This document shows positions 51,622-63,449 of a stretch of 64,000 nt of DNA, in pieces. Each line of letters opens with the position of its first letter. The first letter of the stretch is position 1. Made by a program: the position numbers and the translations under genes. The notes beneath the pieces were generated by a model. That model saw only the letters and a program-made list of their open reading frames with translations. It ran no database searches and was not told the origin of the DNA. The DNA comes from Magallana gigas (taxonomy: Eukaryota), in assembly GCF_963853765.1 (NCBI RefSeq), contig NC_088855.1, positions 39,246,001-39,310,000 on the forward strand, given 5' to 3'.

Positions 51622-52200
51622 TTTTGTAATTCGGAACACATCGGGTATGTACTAAAATACATAGAATGAGAAAACTTCCGAACGCAATGACAGAGAACCA
51701 GTCTCTACCGGACACAAGAAAGTCTACTGAGATTTGATTGGTTAATACAGAGTTCACCAGAACATGACCTCTTACGGAATGTTGTTAGATCTTCCACGCG
51801 ACATATCGAAAACCGGGGAGCGGATGGAAGTTCTAATTTTAATTAGATTGAAATTTTCTTTTATTTAAACCATAATTCATTTTAAAGATAAAGAGGTTCG
51901 AATATAATCTATGACATGATTTTCAAAATTGTTGAATGCAGACATATAACAGGTACAAATTACAACAATGATCCTTTGATTAGAACAGATTCACAAATAC
52001 AATATAAATGATAATGATTAAGGCAAGCAACAAAATCGCATTTCATTTATTTGTTCTTTTGAATCCAAAAAGACATAATTCAAAATTAAATTCTGCATAC
52101 ATGTAATAAAACGTTAAAATCAATAACAAATATGGCCGACGAAACAATTCTAATCCGGTTCCAAAATAAAGATCTGTAAAAATCAAAGAATGTTCAAATT

Positions 52201-52628
52201 TTACGAAATAAGAATTTCTTTTTCGACTGTTTGTCCCTCCTCACAAAGCTGTTTCCGGCATTTGTGTTTTTTGACCGGTCCGAGATTCTCGCACGACTCG
52301 CACATTGAATCCGCTAGGTACACTGTTTTTGGATCTTCCTCCAACGGTTCCTCGTGCTCATCTGCACCTATCTTTGTTTGATGGTTGACTGGTGGCTCAT
52401 ATGGTGCAGAAGAACCAATTTTGACAGATGGCCTGGTTTTCATGTCTGTAAGTTTTACATTTTTTTAAAACTTAAAATTCAGTTTACTTGAATAACTTTC
52501 AAAGATTGAAATTAAAACTTACCCAATACTACTGCTTGGTTATTCATCCAAAGAGTTATTTTCTGACCATTTCCATATGTCAGAAAAATTAGTAAAAGAC
52601 TGAGGACTAATAATGTTGAAGGATTCAT
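52201..52628 (-). CDS. Unrecognised small secreted protein, 116 aa, with four C-terminal cysteines
   Basis: Exon 52628-52523 (MNPSTLLVLSLLLIFLTYGNGQKITLWMNNQAVVL, signal-peptide-like, donor G|GTAAGT) splices in phase 1 to 52445-52201 (DMKTRP...MCESCENLGPVKKHKCRKQLCEEGQTVEKEILIS*); minus-strand AATAAA at 52046-52051. Confidence 0.7.
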
Positions 52629-52734
52629 GCTGAGCTAAATCTGCAATACGCTGATATAAGTAGGCGTTGAAACGGTCTTTGCAGCCGAAACGTTAATAAG
52701 TCAAGGTCCTCTCTCAAAGAGCGATTTCCGGTAC

Positions 52735-52738
<4 letters not shown>

Positions 52739-52800
<62 letters not shown>
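52739..52800 (+). repeat. (GA)31 microsatellite
   Basis: Direct reading; ~110 bp upstream of the small secreted-protein ATG. Confidence 0.95.
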
Positions 52801-52803
<3 letters not shown>

Positions 52804-54399
52804 TATTCAACTGTTCAAAGAATATGCATGTAAGGGTATATATTCGATTGGTTTTGAGTTAAAAGAAAATGAAATAAAAACTTTCAAAAGTCCATTTATG
52901 GCTTAATACAATCTCTGTTAGCCTTATCTAAGAAGACATCAATTACATGACTAATCTGCACAACAAAAATGCTTCAAATTCACAATAATGAACCGGTTGT
53001 TTTTTTTAATTTTTTCGTCGCCATCTTCGACAGTTTTTTTTTAACGTCATTCAGGATACTTAATGTGAACAAAACTTTTTCACACAAGAATCTTCTTTCA
53101 TTTTGTAACAGAGGCTACACATCATATCAAATATCAAGACGGTGATAAACATTGCCTGAAAAAAAAATGGAATTAAATGTTTACGGACACAATGCCAAAA
53201 AGAATCACACACACAGATATCCTATCTCATACATACCGATCAAAATCCTTTGACTACCTCCCCTTTGCATCCAAAACGTTGCAGGAGCAGCTGAACAGAA
53301 AAAATGTAGATTCCCAAAAACCAATACGAAGACGACGTGAGCAAGCGTATTGTTTAATACTGACAGGCTATAAACCACAAAGCGGTTCAGGAACCGTGTG
53401 TTTATATGGCAGTTTCTGCTGATTATTGGTGAAGTGTTTAGAACCATATTAACAAGAGCTTGGACTTTGGGTAGTTGGTGTCAAACAGCAATGTGACGTA
53501 GGCCTGTCTATTTCATTGTCAGCGACTCAGCAATTGCTCTCTAAAATCAACAAGATTTGTCTGGCTTTTGAGCTAACACTATGCGATCGGTGTATATTTC
53601 ACATGAAACCAGCGTCATTTTTAACTTGTTTTGACGCAAGAAATTGATAGTAACGTCCTACTGAAAGTCCAAGGCCTTGTTTTAAGAGCAGCTGAGACTG
53701 CCAACAGGCAAGACAGGCCCAGGAAAACCAGCTATGCAAAAACTAATTTTAAGCTGTATAATAGTCCGATTACGAACGCTTACTTTATCGTACTGTTCTT
53801 TTATAAATATGGCACGTCTTTTTACAGCTATACTCATTTTCTTTTCACCAATATTTTTATGAAACCCGATGTGTTGTAAAGTGTGTGAACTGTCAATCTG
53901 AATTAAGAAAAAAAAATGTCAAGCCCGTAGCATCAGTAATTTATTCCAACACAATACGAATGAATAGATGAGCTATGAAATACAAGGTTGCAAAAAAGTA
54001 TTTGTGAAAATGCCATATACCATGAACATGTATTTATCTATGACAATCAAATGATAGTTTCAACTATTGTCATTATTTAGAGATACCATTCAGAGGCTTC
54101 AAATTATCACTACAGAACCGTTGATTTACATGTTCTTTTTTCATCTTCAAGAGACTGTAACAAGCCAAAATAAATATTTTAGAAAATATTGAACCGATAG
54201 GCAATTGCACTACCTTATTCGCTCAATATATTCCTTCTAAAATTCGTTTTTGAAAAAATAAATAGCTAACATTTTGATAAAAAGATTAATGTATTTGTTT
54301 TATTATAAATCAGCTAACTGGCTAGCAGCTAGCTAACAGCTAGCTATTAGGAAAATGAAGTTAATTTAAGTTGCTGTAGAGGAGGGGAATAAATGTATA

Positions 54400-55834
54400 C
54401 TAGCGGAAAAAAGAAACTGTGCATTATAAAATTTAGTATAATTTTTCTATATCCATTGCTTGTATTTATAAAATTTAAACAATCGATAATGGTAATGTTT
54501 TTGACAATATCGGATGGTAACCGTCCGGGTGCACGGACTTTTTCATGGTTAGTGAGCACCTGTTGTTTATTGAAGAATTTGTACGCACGAGTTTTATGGG
54601 ACAATACTGTTTGGAATAAGAACTGTAAAGGATTTGTTTAAACCTTTTTTTGTTAAGGAAATCACTTTAGTTTCAACAAAATTTACCCCTATGTCATGCC
54701 ACGACTCAACGAAAACCAACGTAATCGTACTGTTGAGATGCTGCAAGCTGGAATGGCACAAAATACTGTAGCAAGACAGGAACACAATCCAGTCATTATG
54801 GAGACGTTTTCAACAATCTGGCAACATTCAGGATCGACCGCGCTCTAGGCGACCTCGTGTGACGTCACGTCAACAGTACAACCACATTAGACTTGTGCAT
54901 TCAGACAGCAAGTTTGACTGCCCGTAGCATTCCAAGGCTTCGACCAATTAGTCCAAGAACTGCGTAATCGTCTGCGTGAGCAAAACATCAGACCAAGACG
55001 TCCAGCGGTGCGCCCAGTACTGCTTCAACGTCATCATCATAGGACTGGGCCAATATTCTATTCACTGATGAATATAGATTTCATTTGGATAGCAGTGACG
55101 GCCGTTGTAGGGTGTATCGTCGCGGTGGGGAGCGTTACCAGGACGCTTGTGTTGTGCAACGTCGACAATTTGGTGGAGGTAGCGTTATGGTGTGGGGTGG
55201 AATATCAGCACGTGGAAGGACCCCTCTACAAATTCTCAATGGAAATCTCACCGGCGTACGCTATCGAGATGAAATTTTTCAGCGTCATGTGATACCCTTC
55301 ATACAGAGACATCAAAATCACATCACTCTGCAGCAAGACAACGCAAGGACACACGTTGCACGTATAGTCAGGGACTTGTTTGTTCAACAGAATGTCGATG
55401 TTTTGCCTTGGCCAGCTGTTTCCCCCGATTTGTCGCCGATCGAGCACGTCTGGGATGAAATGGAAAGACGTTTACGCCGTTTACCAAACCAGCCAATGAC
55501 TTTGGCTGATTTAGGCCAGGCTTTAACCAACATCTGGAACAACATCCCTCAAGCATTTTTGAACACTTTAGTGGCATCAATGAGGCGTCGCTGTCAAGCA
55601 TCTGTGAACGCAGATGGTGGTCACATGCGTTATTAATTTTGTTAATTCAATTTCAAATAACAGTGACTTTCGAGTGTGCTGAAATTGACGTTATTCGACG
55701 TTGACATTAATGTGTTATGAGATGTTGTTACGGATACATGTGTTCACAGTATTACAAAAAATAAAATTTGTTCATTGTAATTTTTAATTTTTTTTTCATA
55801 TATCAAATAATGCTCAGTTTCTTTTTTCCGATAG
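54400..55834 (+). mobile_element. Tc1-family (DD34E) DNA transposon, full-length but with a frameshifted transposase
   Basis: TA-flanked ~30-bp TIR CTAGCGGAAAAAAGAAACTGTGCATTAT / ATAATGCTCAGTTTCTTTTTTCCGATAG; transposase 54696-55636 with MPRLNENQRNR, DRPRSRRPRVTS, FTDEYRF, VMVWGGI, QQDNARTH, SPDLSPIEHVW (34 residues between D and E); indels in the HTH half. Confidence 0.92.
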
Positions 55835-55928
55835 TATAGTTGGCGATTCAGAATATCTCATACACAAGTAAGAGTTATCGATCTTTGAATTCGACCTGTA
55901 ACCATCCGGTATCCACTAATGACATTAA

Positions 55929-56895
55929 GGTAGTCCTATACTCGGCACTAAATGGGCTCAATCATTAAAAGCTTAGCTTTAAATGATAAATATACATTCT
56001 AGCAATACATATACAAAAGAAAATATGTATGTTTACATGTTAGTTTGTTTGTTATCACCTCTCAGACGGGTATACCCCCTTGCGAAAATTATTGACAATT
56101 ATGAAATTTGCCAGACGTCCGTTTTTCATAAAAATAATTACCAATTTTGGGAAAATTAGAACTGAACATTCACAATAGAGTATAAATATTTATTTAAGCC
56201 ATATCTCATCAAAAATTTTGCGCAAATTTTTCTAAGTAAGTACGCCTTATGGACCTGATGTATCAAAATAGAATACAAAAAATGCAATGCTAGTATCGCA
56301 TTTGGTAATTTTTTTACTATTTTATGGACTCAAACTAAAATTCATGGTGTTTATTCTATAGATTGACATCTTAGAAAAAAGATTTGTTAAAAAAAAATAT
56401 ATGTTGACGGATTACTTTTCACGCTATAAGCTCTAAACCAAGTAGACCCTGACGAAAAAATCCGTAAAAATCACATTTTGCTACAGTTTTCTGCCTAGAT
56501 CTGTCAACAATGTTAGATATCATTTAAACATTTATAAATTGATGATTGATTAAACTCGAAAAAGCTTCTGTCTCTTAATTCAAACCGCTTTTAGTTAAAG
56601 AAAAAGAAAAAATCGGGGGGGGGGGGGGCAAAACAAAGAAGATATAAGCATACCTGAGATCCTGGTTAATCAGAAACTTCGTTTTTCATTTAACTTTAAC
56701 AGAATCGAGTTTCTCAACATTAATCATTTCTATCTCTCATAGAATACATATATTACTGTTCTAAATGCTTATTATTGCCATTGTTTACAACAGCGATGTA
56801 GAGCAAAATCAATACCGGATATCAAAAACGCTTTGTAAAAGTCGAACCAATATTGTAAAATCCGTATTATGACGTAGTGCGATACTCGGACTACT
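55929..56895. mobile_element. Kolobok-like non-autonomous element, copy 2
   Basis: ttaa|GGTAGTCCTATACTCGGC ... GATACTCGGACTACT|ttaa; colinear with 4643-5627. Confidence 0.8.
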
Positions 56896-58468
56896 TTAAA
56901 CACTAATCAAGAAGGTACACGCCATCACCTCTCCATATTGTGGCCATTTAAAGACGATGGGTTTTCGAATGGATAGCATTACGAAAGGAAAACTCTTAGA
57001 CATGTATAAGCATACTTATGTATCTAGTCTAAAGGAAAAATGATTTTTAAAGAATACATTGCTTAAAATTAAACGATTTCTCTCAAAGGTTATAAAGTTC
57101 AAATAGGTATTCCACTGTTATCATTGTAACAAAGTAAGTGTATATGTACATGTATTAACTATACAACCTTGTAATAAAATACTTTTTAAAATTACTAGCA
57201 TTCCTGAATCTCCAAATCGTTTACTAGTACTCATATATATATAGTCAAGCTCTTTGTAGTGTTAAATAAACAATTTATTTCAATTTACAATGAGCACCAT
57301 TGAAAAAAAAAACGTGTGTAGTTTTGCCCAGATCATTTTGAAATTCATGTTGAAGTGAAATTGATACCCCAAATCGCTATGGATAAAACAAGTCTTGAAA
57401 AATAGAGCTTTGTTCATTGAAAAGTAAACATTTCATTGATTTATTGATGTAGAAATGAAGTGGGAACAGTTTATTATTCTCATTTTGCCGCTTTAATATT
57501 ATCCATACACAAAAGGGGATTAGGACATATTTCTTTCTTTCTTTCACACTGTCCGTTATGGCTGCTGTTCAAAACCCTCACACCAATATCAGATATCAAT
57601 GGGGTACTGTGGTATGAAACCAATATTTCCCATTTTCATTTTCCTTTTTGCATAAAACACAACAAAAGAAGAAATAAATATACAAGATCTTATAAAGTAT
57701 AAAAAGCATTGTTTCTACCAATACCCATAGAGGCACATGTTTGAATATTATGGAGGGACTTCATAATATATTCTAAAGATTATCCACAACTGCTTTGTAC
57801 GTAATAATGTTACTATATTATTCAAAACAGAACATAGAAAAAAATCTACAATTCATCGAACTCAAGTTGTACAAGTAAAATAATCAGATATATTATTACA
57901 TATTAAAGATCTAGAATCCTGTATTTGTATCAAGATTTAAAAATTAATCAATGTATGTAAACACCAATTGATTGCATTTATCCTATACTCAATGATGTAA
58001 TGAGTGAATGAATTCCATCGTACATACCGGGTAGTTTAAGTGAATGAATTGGTCTGAATGGCATGTTCTATCGGACAGACGGGTGGGCGGGTATCTAAAA
58101 ATCATATATACTTAATAACTTCAAAATGCTTAAATCCTCAGAAATTGCAGACTTTGTATTGACATTTACTATACAGTACATAGAAATGTCACGTTATCTT
58201 AGGGCGGATATCCGTGGGTAAATTTGTATTGTACACCGATCTTCTTAACTCTGTTTGGAAGGGGATAATGGGGGAGTGAACGAGTGCTGAAAACGTTATT
58301 TCGTACTTGGTCATTTTGTATGGTGAAAGATAACATATAGATCTATGATTCATACATGTACAATAAGTATATTTAAGTATCTGACACATGGGTTTTACTT
58401 CCTCAGTTTCATTCACATATAATAATAATAGTCATTTTTTGTAAGCTTTCTGAATTTTTTTTTAAAGT

Positions 58469-58717
58469 ACTAGGCTTTGACCCGTGCGTGCACGGGTTGA
58501 CATTGCATATCGGACATTTACGAAATAGGTATATCGACACACCTTTTTCGTTTATTATTAATAAGCGAAGCTTAACTGAGAAAAAATAAAAACAAATTGG
58601 TAATCTTCAAGTACCAATGATGTTTAAAATATACAAAACAAAAGACAGTATTCTTCCGATTTCTCGGTATTAAAGACAAAAAATTCGAGTCTATTATTTT
58701 AATATAGTAGTATAGAT
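58469..58717 (+). mobile_element. Helentron/HINE-like non-autonomous element
   Basis: 5' ACTAGG followed by the hairpin CCCGTGCGTGCACGGG; 3' end TTTTAATATAGTAGTATAGAT. These are end structures typical of DINE-1/HINE-type elements. Confidence 0.6.
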
Positions 58718-58875
58718 ACTTTTAAAGTAAAAATTAATTTAATAATACAACGAAACATGATAAAGTTGAGACCTTTACCCAGCCCTAGTAACGTCATAAG
58801 CTAATTTTTTCTCAGTTTGACAATGTTTATATCATTAAAAGTAGTGAACTTCTGCAATGATCAATTCATGACGAA

Positions 58876-58935
58876 ATATGAAACAATGTCGGAATATATG
58901 AGACAATGTCGGAATATATGAGACAACGTCGGAAT
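58876..58935 (+). repeat. Tandem repeat, 3 x 20 bp
   Basis: ATATGA(A/G)ACAA(T/C)GTCGGAAT x3 with no spacers. Confidence 0.9.
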
Positions 58936-59185
58936 ATTTACATGTTTTTGAAATTAAGAAAGGATGGCTTACTCTGTATTGATGTCGTTATACTTGATTA
59001 AAATATCGCCGGTGCATCTAGGAGAAAAACTTTCAGAGGCTTAAAACAGGACAAAAATAATAGCAAAATCCGTCCACTGACAGCACCATACATAATTATA
59101 TGATCATGTGTCTACCATATCTAGTTGATATAAACCAAATGTTGTTGTTTGTTGTTGTTTTTTACTTGACAACTTATATCTTATC

Positions 59186-59188
<3 letters not shown>

Positions 59189-59242
<54 letters not shown>
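59189..59242 (+). repeat. (GA)27 microsatellite
   Basis: Direct reading. Confidence 0.95.
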
Positions 59243-59244
<2 letters not shown>

Positions 59245-61009
59245 CTAAAGTCCAACTTTAAGTGCGCGTCCTGGGTTTGTATTCCCGTTACCATTAAACA
59301 TGCATAAAGTGCATTATCAATACTTCCCTCACACATTTGAGCTGAATAAAGGTTAAAGAAGTCAAAAGCTTAATCAAGGCAATCAATTCATGATTGTGTT
59401 TACTTATCTCGAATCGGGGGAACACCGGGCGAGGCACAAATTCATTTCTTCGTTGACTGAACTCAAAATTTATAATTCTAAATAAATATGAATTTCTGTA
59501 AGCGGAAATTCAAACAAAACGACATCAATTATGTCAAACCATTGAAATGCTTGTTTGAAACAAAACCACATTGTTTAATTTAATTCCTGTTAGAGCAATG
59601 TTGCTATATATCTTAAATTTTGCCCATGAAATTATTATTACCTATAAAAATCTATATCGAGCCTCCTTTGAACATGGGGCTCAAGGGATTTAAGGGTCAC
59701 CTGAGAACAAAAAAAATCATGTATAATGGATTCACAGAATGAAAATTTGATGATAAGTAAAATTAAATAACAATATGATATAAAAAATCATGTTGCTCAA
59801 AAACAAGATTTTAACATTATAGATGAACAATTAAAATTGTTAGTCTGTTAAACTGAATTTTAATTAAAACTTTGATTCTATATTCAGCATTTGGAGGGCT
59901 ATATATATTATGTATGTCATGTGTATGAAATGTATTCATCGTCGGTAGCCAATTTAAATGTGCCGCGTCTCTATCAGTAAGATACAAAAATACAACCGAC
60001 AACAGATGATGAAACGAAATATCAATGGGATAACATCTCTGCTGAAAGTATGTCAACTGTTAAACAACTGTCATCACGACATACTTCGCAGTAACCCAGT
60101 TAAAAACTGGTTGGCAGCGACTAATTTTTTCGACCACAAGCCCAACTTTACAACTGCAAAGAACTTTAAAGAAACTGGTTCACGGCAATTAACTCTCTTG
60201 ACTTGGATGTTTTAAAAAACCTCACAAATTTTCTTGCAAATGAATAAATATTGGTGTGTACTAGTCACTGTATTGTCTGCAATTGTATTTGTACCACATC
60301 TTCCTACAATGGGGATTTACTGAATTTAAAATTTCACAAAATTGAAATCCGAACCCTTGGGTCTCCACCAAGTAGAAGTTCTTTTGAAATCGAATAAACA
60401 AGATTTGAGAACTACATTTATTTGAAAGAATAATTTTAATTTCCACTAGTTTATAAAAAACCAAGTGGTGGTTTTTGTCATGAGTTATGTAATATCAAAG
60501 TACTGACAGGAGTTTATTTATTTTATTTTTTTGTTTTTATTTAAAAATCAGAGTTTTTTTTATCTTTTTCGCATGGCAAGTAGTTTCTAAGCCGTATTTG
60601 AATAATTACGCACATTTGTTTGTAATATCAATTCTCGAGGTTTCCCGACCTGAAACCCGAGCTGTAGACGGAAAACCCTATTTGAATCATCGTGTGTAAT
60701 ATTTAAAAATAGAATTAACGGGATCAAACTCAGCGGTGCATTAAGTATGAGTCATCAAAATATTTCTGAAAAAATTGTATCCAGGCAATTCTTAACAAAA
60801 AGTAATAATAAAGTCTAGTCTATGCCAGTACTGTTTCTATCTTAGATTTGATTGTCTAGCCCCTCTTGATTTCAAACGCAGCTGCTGTAGAAATGGCGCT
60901 TTAGTAAACCTTTGGAGTAGGAATACAAACAACTTAAAAAAATATCTAAATTGTTCGTATCATTAAAATCCAGCTATTTTCAATTTATCTATGAATTTTT
61001 ATTGAAAGC

Positions 61010-61146
61010 AATGCTGCTAAATACATTATATCGAATTTATTGATTATTTCTAAGAACTAATTGTTGTCAGTGATGATTTGTGCTTAGGAGGTCCAAACAT
61101 TGTTTCACTTCTGTTTTGCAAAAGTAGTTGATTAAAATCAACTCCT
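61010..61146 (+). repeat. Dispersed repeat; second copy at ~11095-11245
   Basis: Shared AAGAACTAA..TTGTCAG..GATGATTTGTGCTTAG..GTCCAAACA.TGTTTCACTT...AGTTGATTAAAATCAACTCC. Confidence 0.75.
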
Positions 61147-61214
61147 AAAAATTAACCATGCCTTTTCACAACCGTCATGTCATCTACTTGGTGAGCAGGT
61201 ATATGGCTGCACGA

Positions 61215-61288
61215 TTAATCAATCAATAAATCAATCAATCATCACAATAACAATCGATCAATCAAATTGTTCAATCAATCAATCAATC
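61215..61288 (+). repeat. Degenerate (ATCA)n microsatellite
   Basis: Direct reading. Confidence 0.8.
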
Positions 61289-62279
61289 GTTGTCAATTTA
61301 TCAATTGAGAAAAAAAATCAATAATGGATCAAATTAGACACTAAAGAATAATTCCTTGAGTATCATAAGGTAATAATTTTGTTCGGGGTGTGGTCAAATC
61401 CAATAAAGCCGGAAGACCTACATGTATACGATAGATTTGATCACGCTCCGACCCGAAATTGTCACCTCATAATATTCACAAAATGATATCTTGTCACTTA
61501 TATTTATTTCAATTTCAGCAATTGTTCGATTAAATAATAAAATATTGACATATTTATGTGATTTTTTAAAATCATCGTGTTATCACAGACATAGACATTT
61601 AAAACGTAAATATTATAGTTGATAAATATAGCGATTTGCTTAAAGCTTGTTTAATGGCTACATTAGGAAGATCCTGGGAGCAGTTAACCACCTATTCAGC
61701 TTTGAGTAGGCATAGGAACAGTTGCCTACATAAAAAAACTGAGAAGCCTGTAATGGTGCAAATTCCACCAAACAAACAGCCTCACCATGTAGAGTATGAG
61801 TTACTGTAGCCATATTAGACTGAACAGATGCAATACTGAAATGACATGCGCGGATCGTGAGGGGTGACAGGGGGGTCCAGACTAATTTCATTATATTTGT
61901 GTATTCACATGAATCTTCATATTAAAGAAATTCAAATAGTAGAGCCATATGCGACATCTAAAAATTAGCTGCAAAATTAGCAAGTTCATTGAACTGATAA
62001 GCCAATAGATAAAGTAACCTAATCATGGCAGTCAATAGTTCGAAGTGATAAATCATGATAAAATAGATCTAAATAAGACGGAAAGGTTTGGGTGATGTGA
62101 TGATCCAGCATCATGGAATAATTTGATGAGATTCCATTATCTATGCTAGTCATGCCTATACAACCAGTTTGTCACAAATGAAATCCTGTGTAAAGACGAA
62201 CAGTCTGAAAAAGAGTTATGTATAATTTTAAAACACCATATAACCAGTGGAACCCTATTCTGTAATCCTTACACTCCAA

Positions 62280-63280
62280 GTTCAAGTTCATTTATTCGCT
62301 CAAAACCGTTTCAAACATATGGTACATGAGGACAAAAATAACATTAAAATATACATATAAATTGGTCAGAGGTAAACAATTATATTAATATAAAGGTTAT
62401 AGAGTTAGGAAAAGTTATACAAAGTGAAACTCATGGAGGACAGACTACCTCGTATATCTTTGTTATGAAAATACACAATTTTCTCAGCAATTTCAGGTTA
62501 CATGTTGTCATAAGATACGAAAATTTTAACACATTAGGTCTAGCTGAAATTTTTTTGTCTATAAACTTGTTCCGGACTTGTGATATTGCATCACATTCTA
62601 AAATATAATGAAATTCATCGGCTATACGTTTTGTATTACAGAGAGGACAAAATCTTTCATTTAATGGGATACCCTCCCATCTTCCCAGTTCAACTGGTAG
62701 ATGGTGATTTGAAGTATGAAATTTACCTAGAATTTTTCTGAATTTCAGGGGTAAAATATCTAAATATTTTTCATATCCAAAATTTGTTTTAAAATTTTTA
62801 TATATTACTCCTTTTGATGAATTATTTATATCAGCATGCCACTTTTGAATAAATTGATCTTGTAATCTCTGTTTAACTGCCGTTGAAACCCATTTTTGAT
62901 TAACAATATTTAAAAACTGACTATGCCAAACATTTGATAAACCACATGAGTTAAAAACATGACGAATACAATCAATCCAAGGGTTAGTACTGGTTGTATT
63001 TTCAGTCTGATTCAACAAGTACCGGTATAATATATTTGTAATGCTAGTATTAGTACTAGAAATTAATTTACACCAGTATGATACCATTCTAGTAAATACA
63101 ATTACAGATAAAGGAAAACGACCTGTTTCTCCGTAAACCATATAGTTTGGAGTACTACTTTTTAAACATAAAATGTGCTTTAAAAACTTTAGGTGAACAC
63201 GTTCAATACTATCAAGATTTTCAAAACCCCATACTTCGCAACCATACAGCAATACAGGTACAACCGTGAGCCGTGCTCTA
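62280..63280 (-). mobile_element. 5'-truncated LINE (RTEX-like ORF2 C-terminus, 3' UTR and repeat tail)
   Basis: VPVLLYGCEVWGF...ERVHLKFLKHIL...MVYGETGRFPL...KFHTSNHHLPVELGRW...RFCPLCN...DEFHYILEC; minus-strand AATAAA followed by TGAACTTGAACTT at ~62280-62295. Clade assignment is tentative. Confidence 0.85.
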
Positions 63281-63449
63281 AAAAATTGATTGATACCTTC
63301 TTGATCATTATTATACTGTGCTAATTGTCTTTGCAATGCCTTGAGGTAGATATAAAAAAAATTCAGAGAACAATGTTTAAAAGTTTTAAACAAAAATCTT
63401 TCGCCGAAAGGGATACGGCTCGTTTTTAAAATGTATGCATTTTTCAACT

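Larger units (their letters stand above)
42163..51850. mobile_element. Full-length AcademH-type DNA transposon (9,688 bp) encoding a transposase and a RecQ-like helicase
   Basis: Perfect 72-bp TIRs (42163-42234 and 51779-51850, starting CAATCTAATTAAAATTAGAACTTCC); perfect 9-bp TSD AAATTTTCT (42154-42162, 51851-51859); two convergent spliced genes. The helicase, transposase and long-TSD combination matches the described AcademH lineage. Confidence 0.88.

Noticed and set aside
52625-52810. ORF with an (SL)n run
   Set aside because: Translation of the (GA)n microsatellite. The poly-Gly/Pro ORFs at 16164-16361, 18434-18715 and 37996-38217 likewise derive from G/C homopolymers, mostly in MITEs.
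53177-53447. 81-aa and 80-aa ORFs
   Set aside because: No recognisable domain, splice context or supporting signals.
58876-58935. CRISPR-like array
   Set aside because: Contiguous 20-bp tandem units with no spacers, in eukaryotic DNA with no cas genes.
63280-63447. N-terminal ~55 aa of the 338-aa ORF as real protein
   Set aside because: LINE homology starts only near VPVLLYGCEVW; the upstream part is chance open frame in the spacer.
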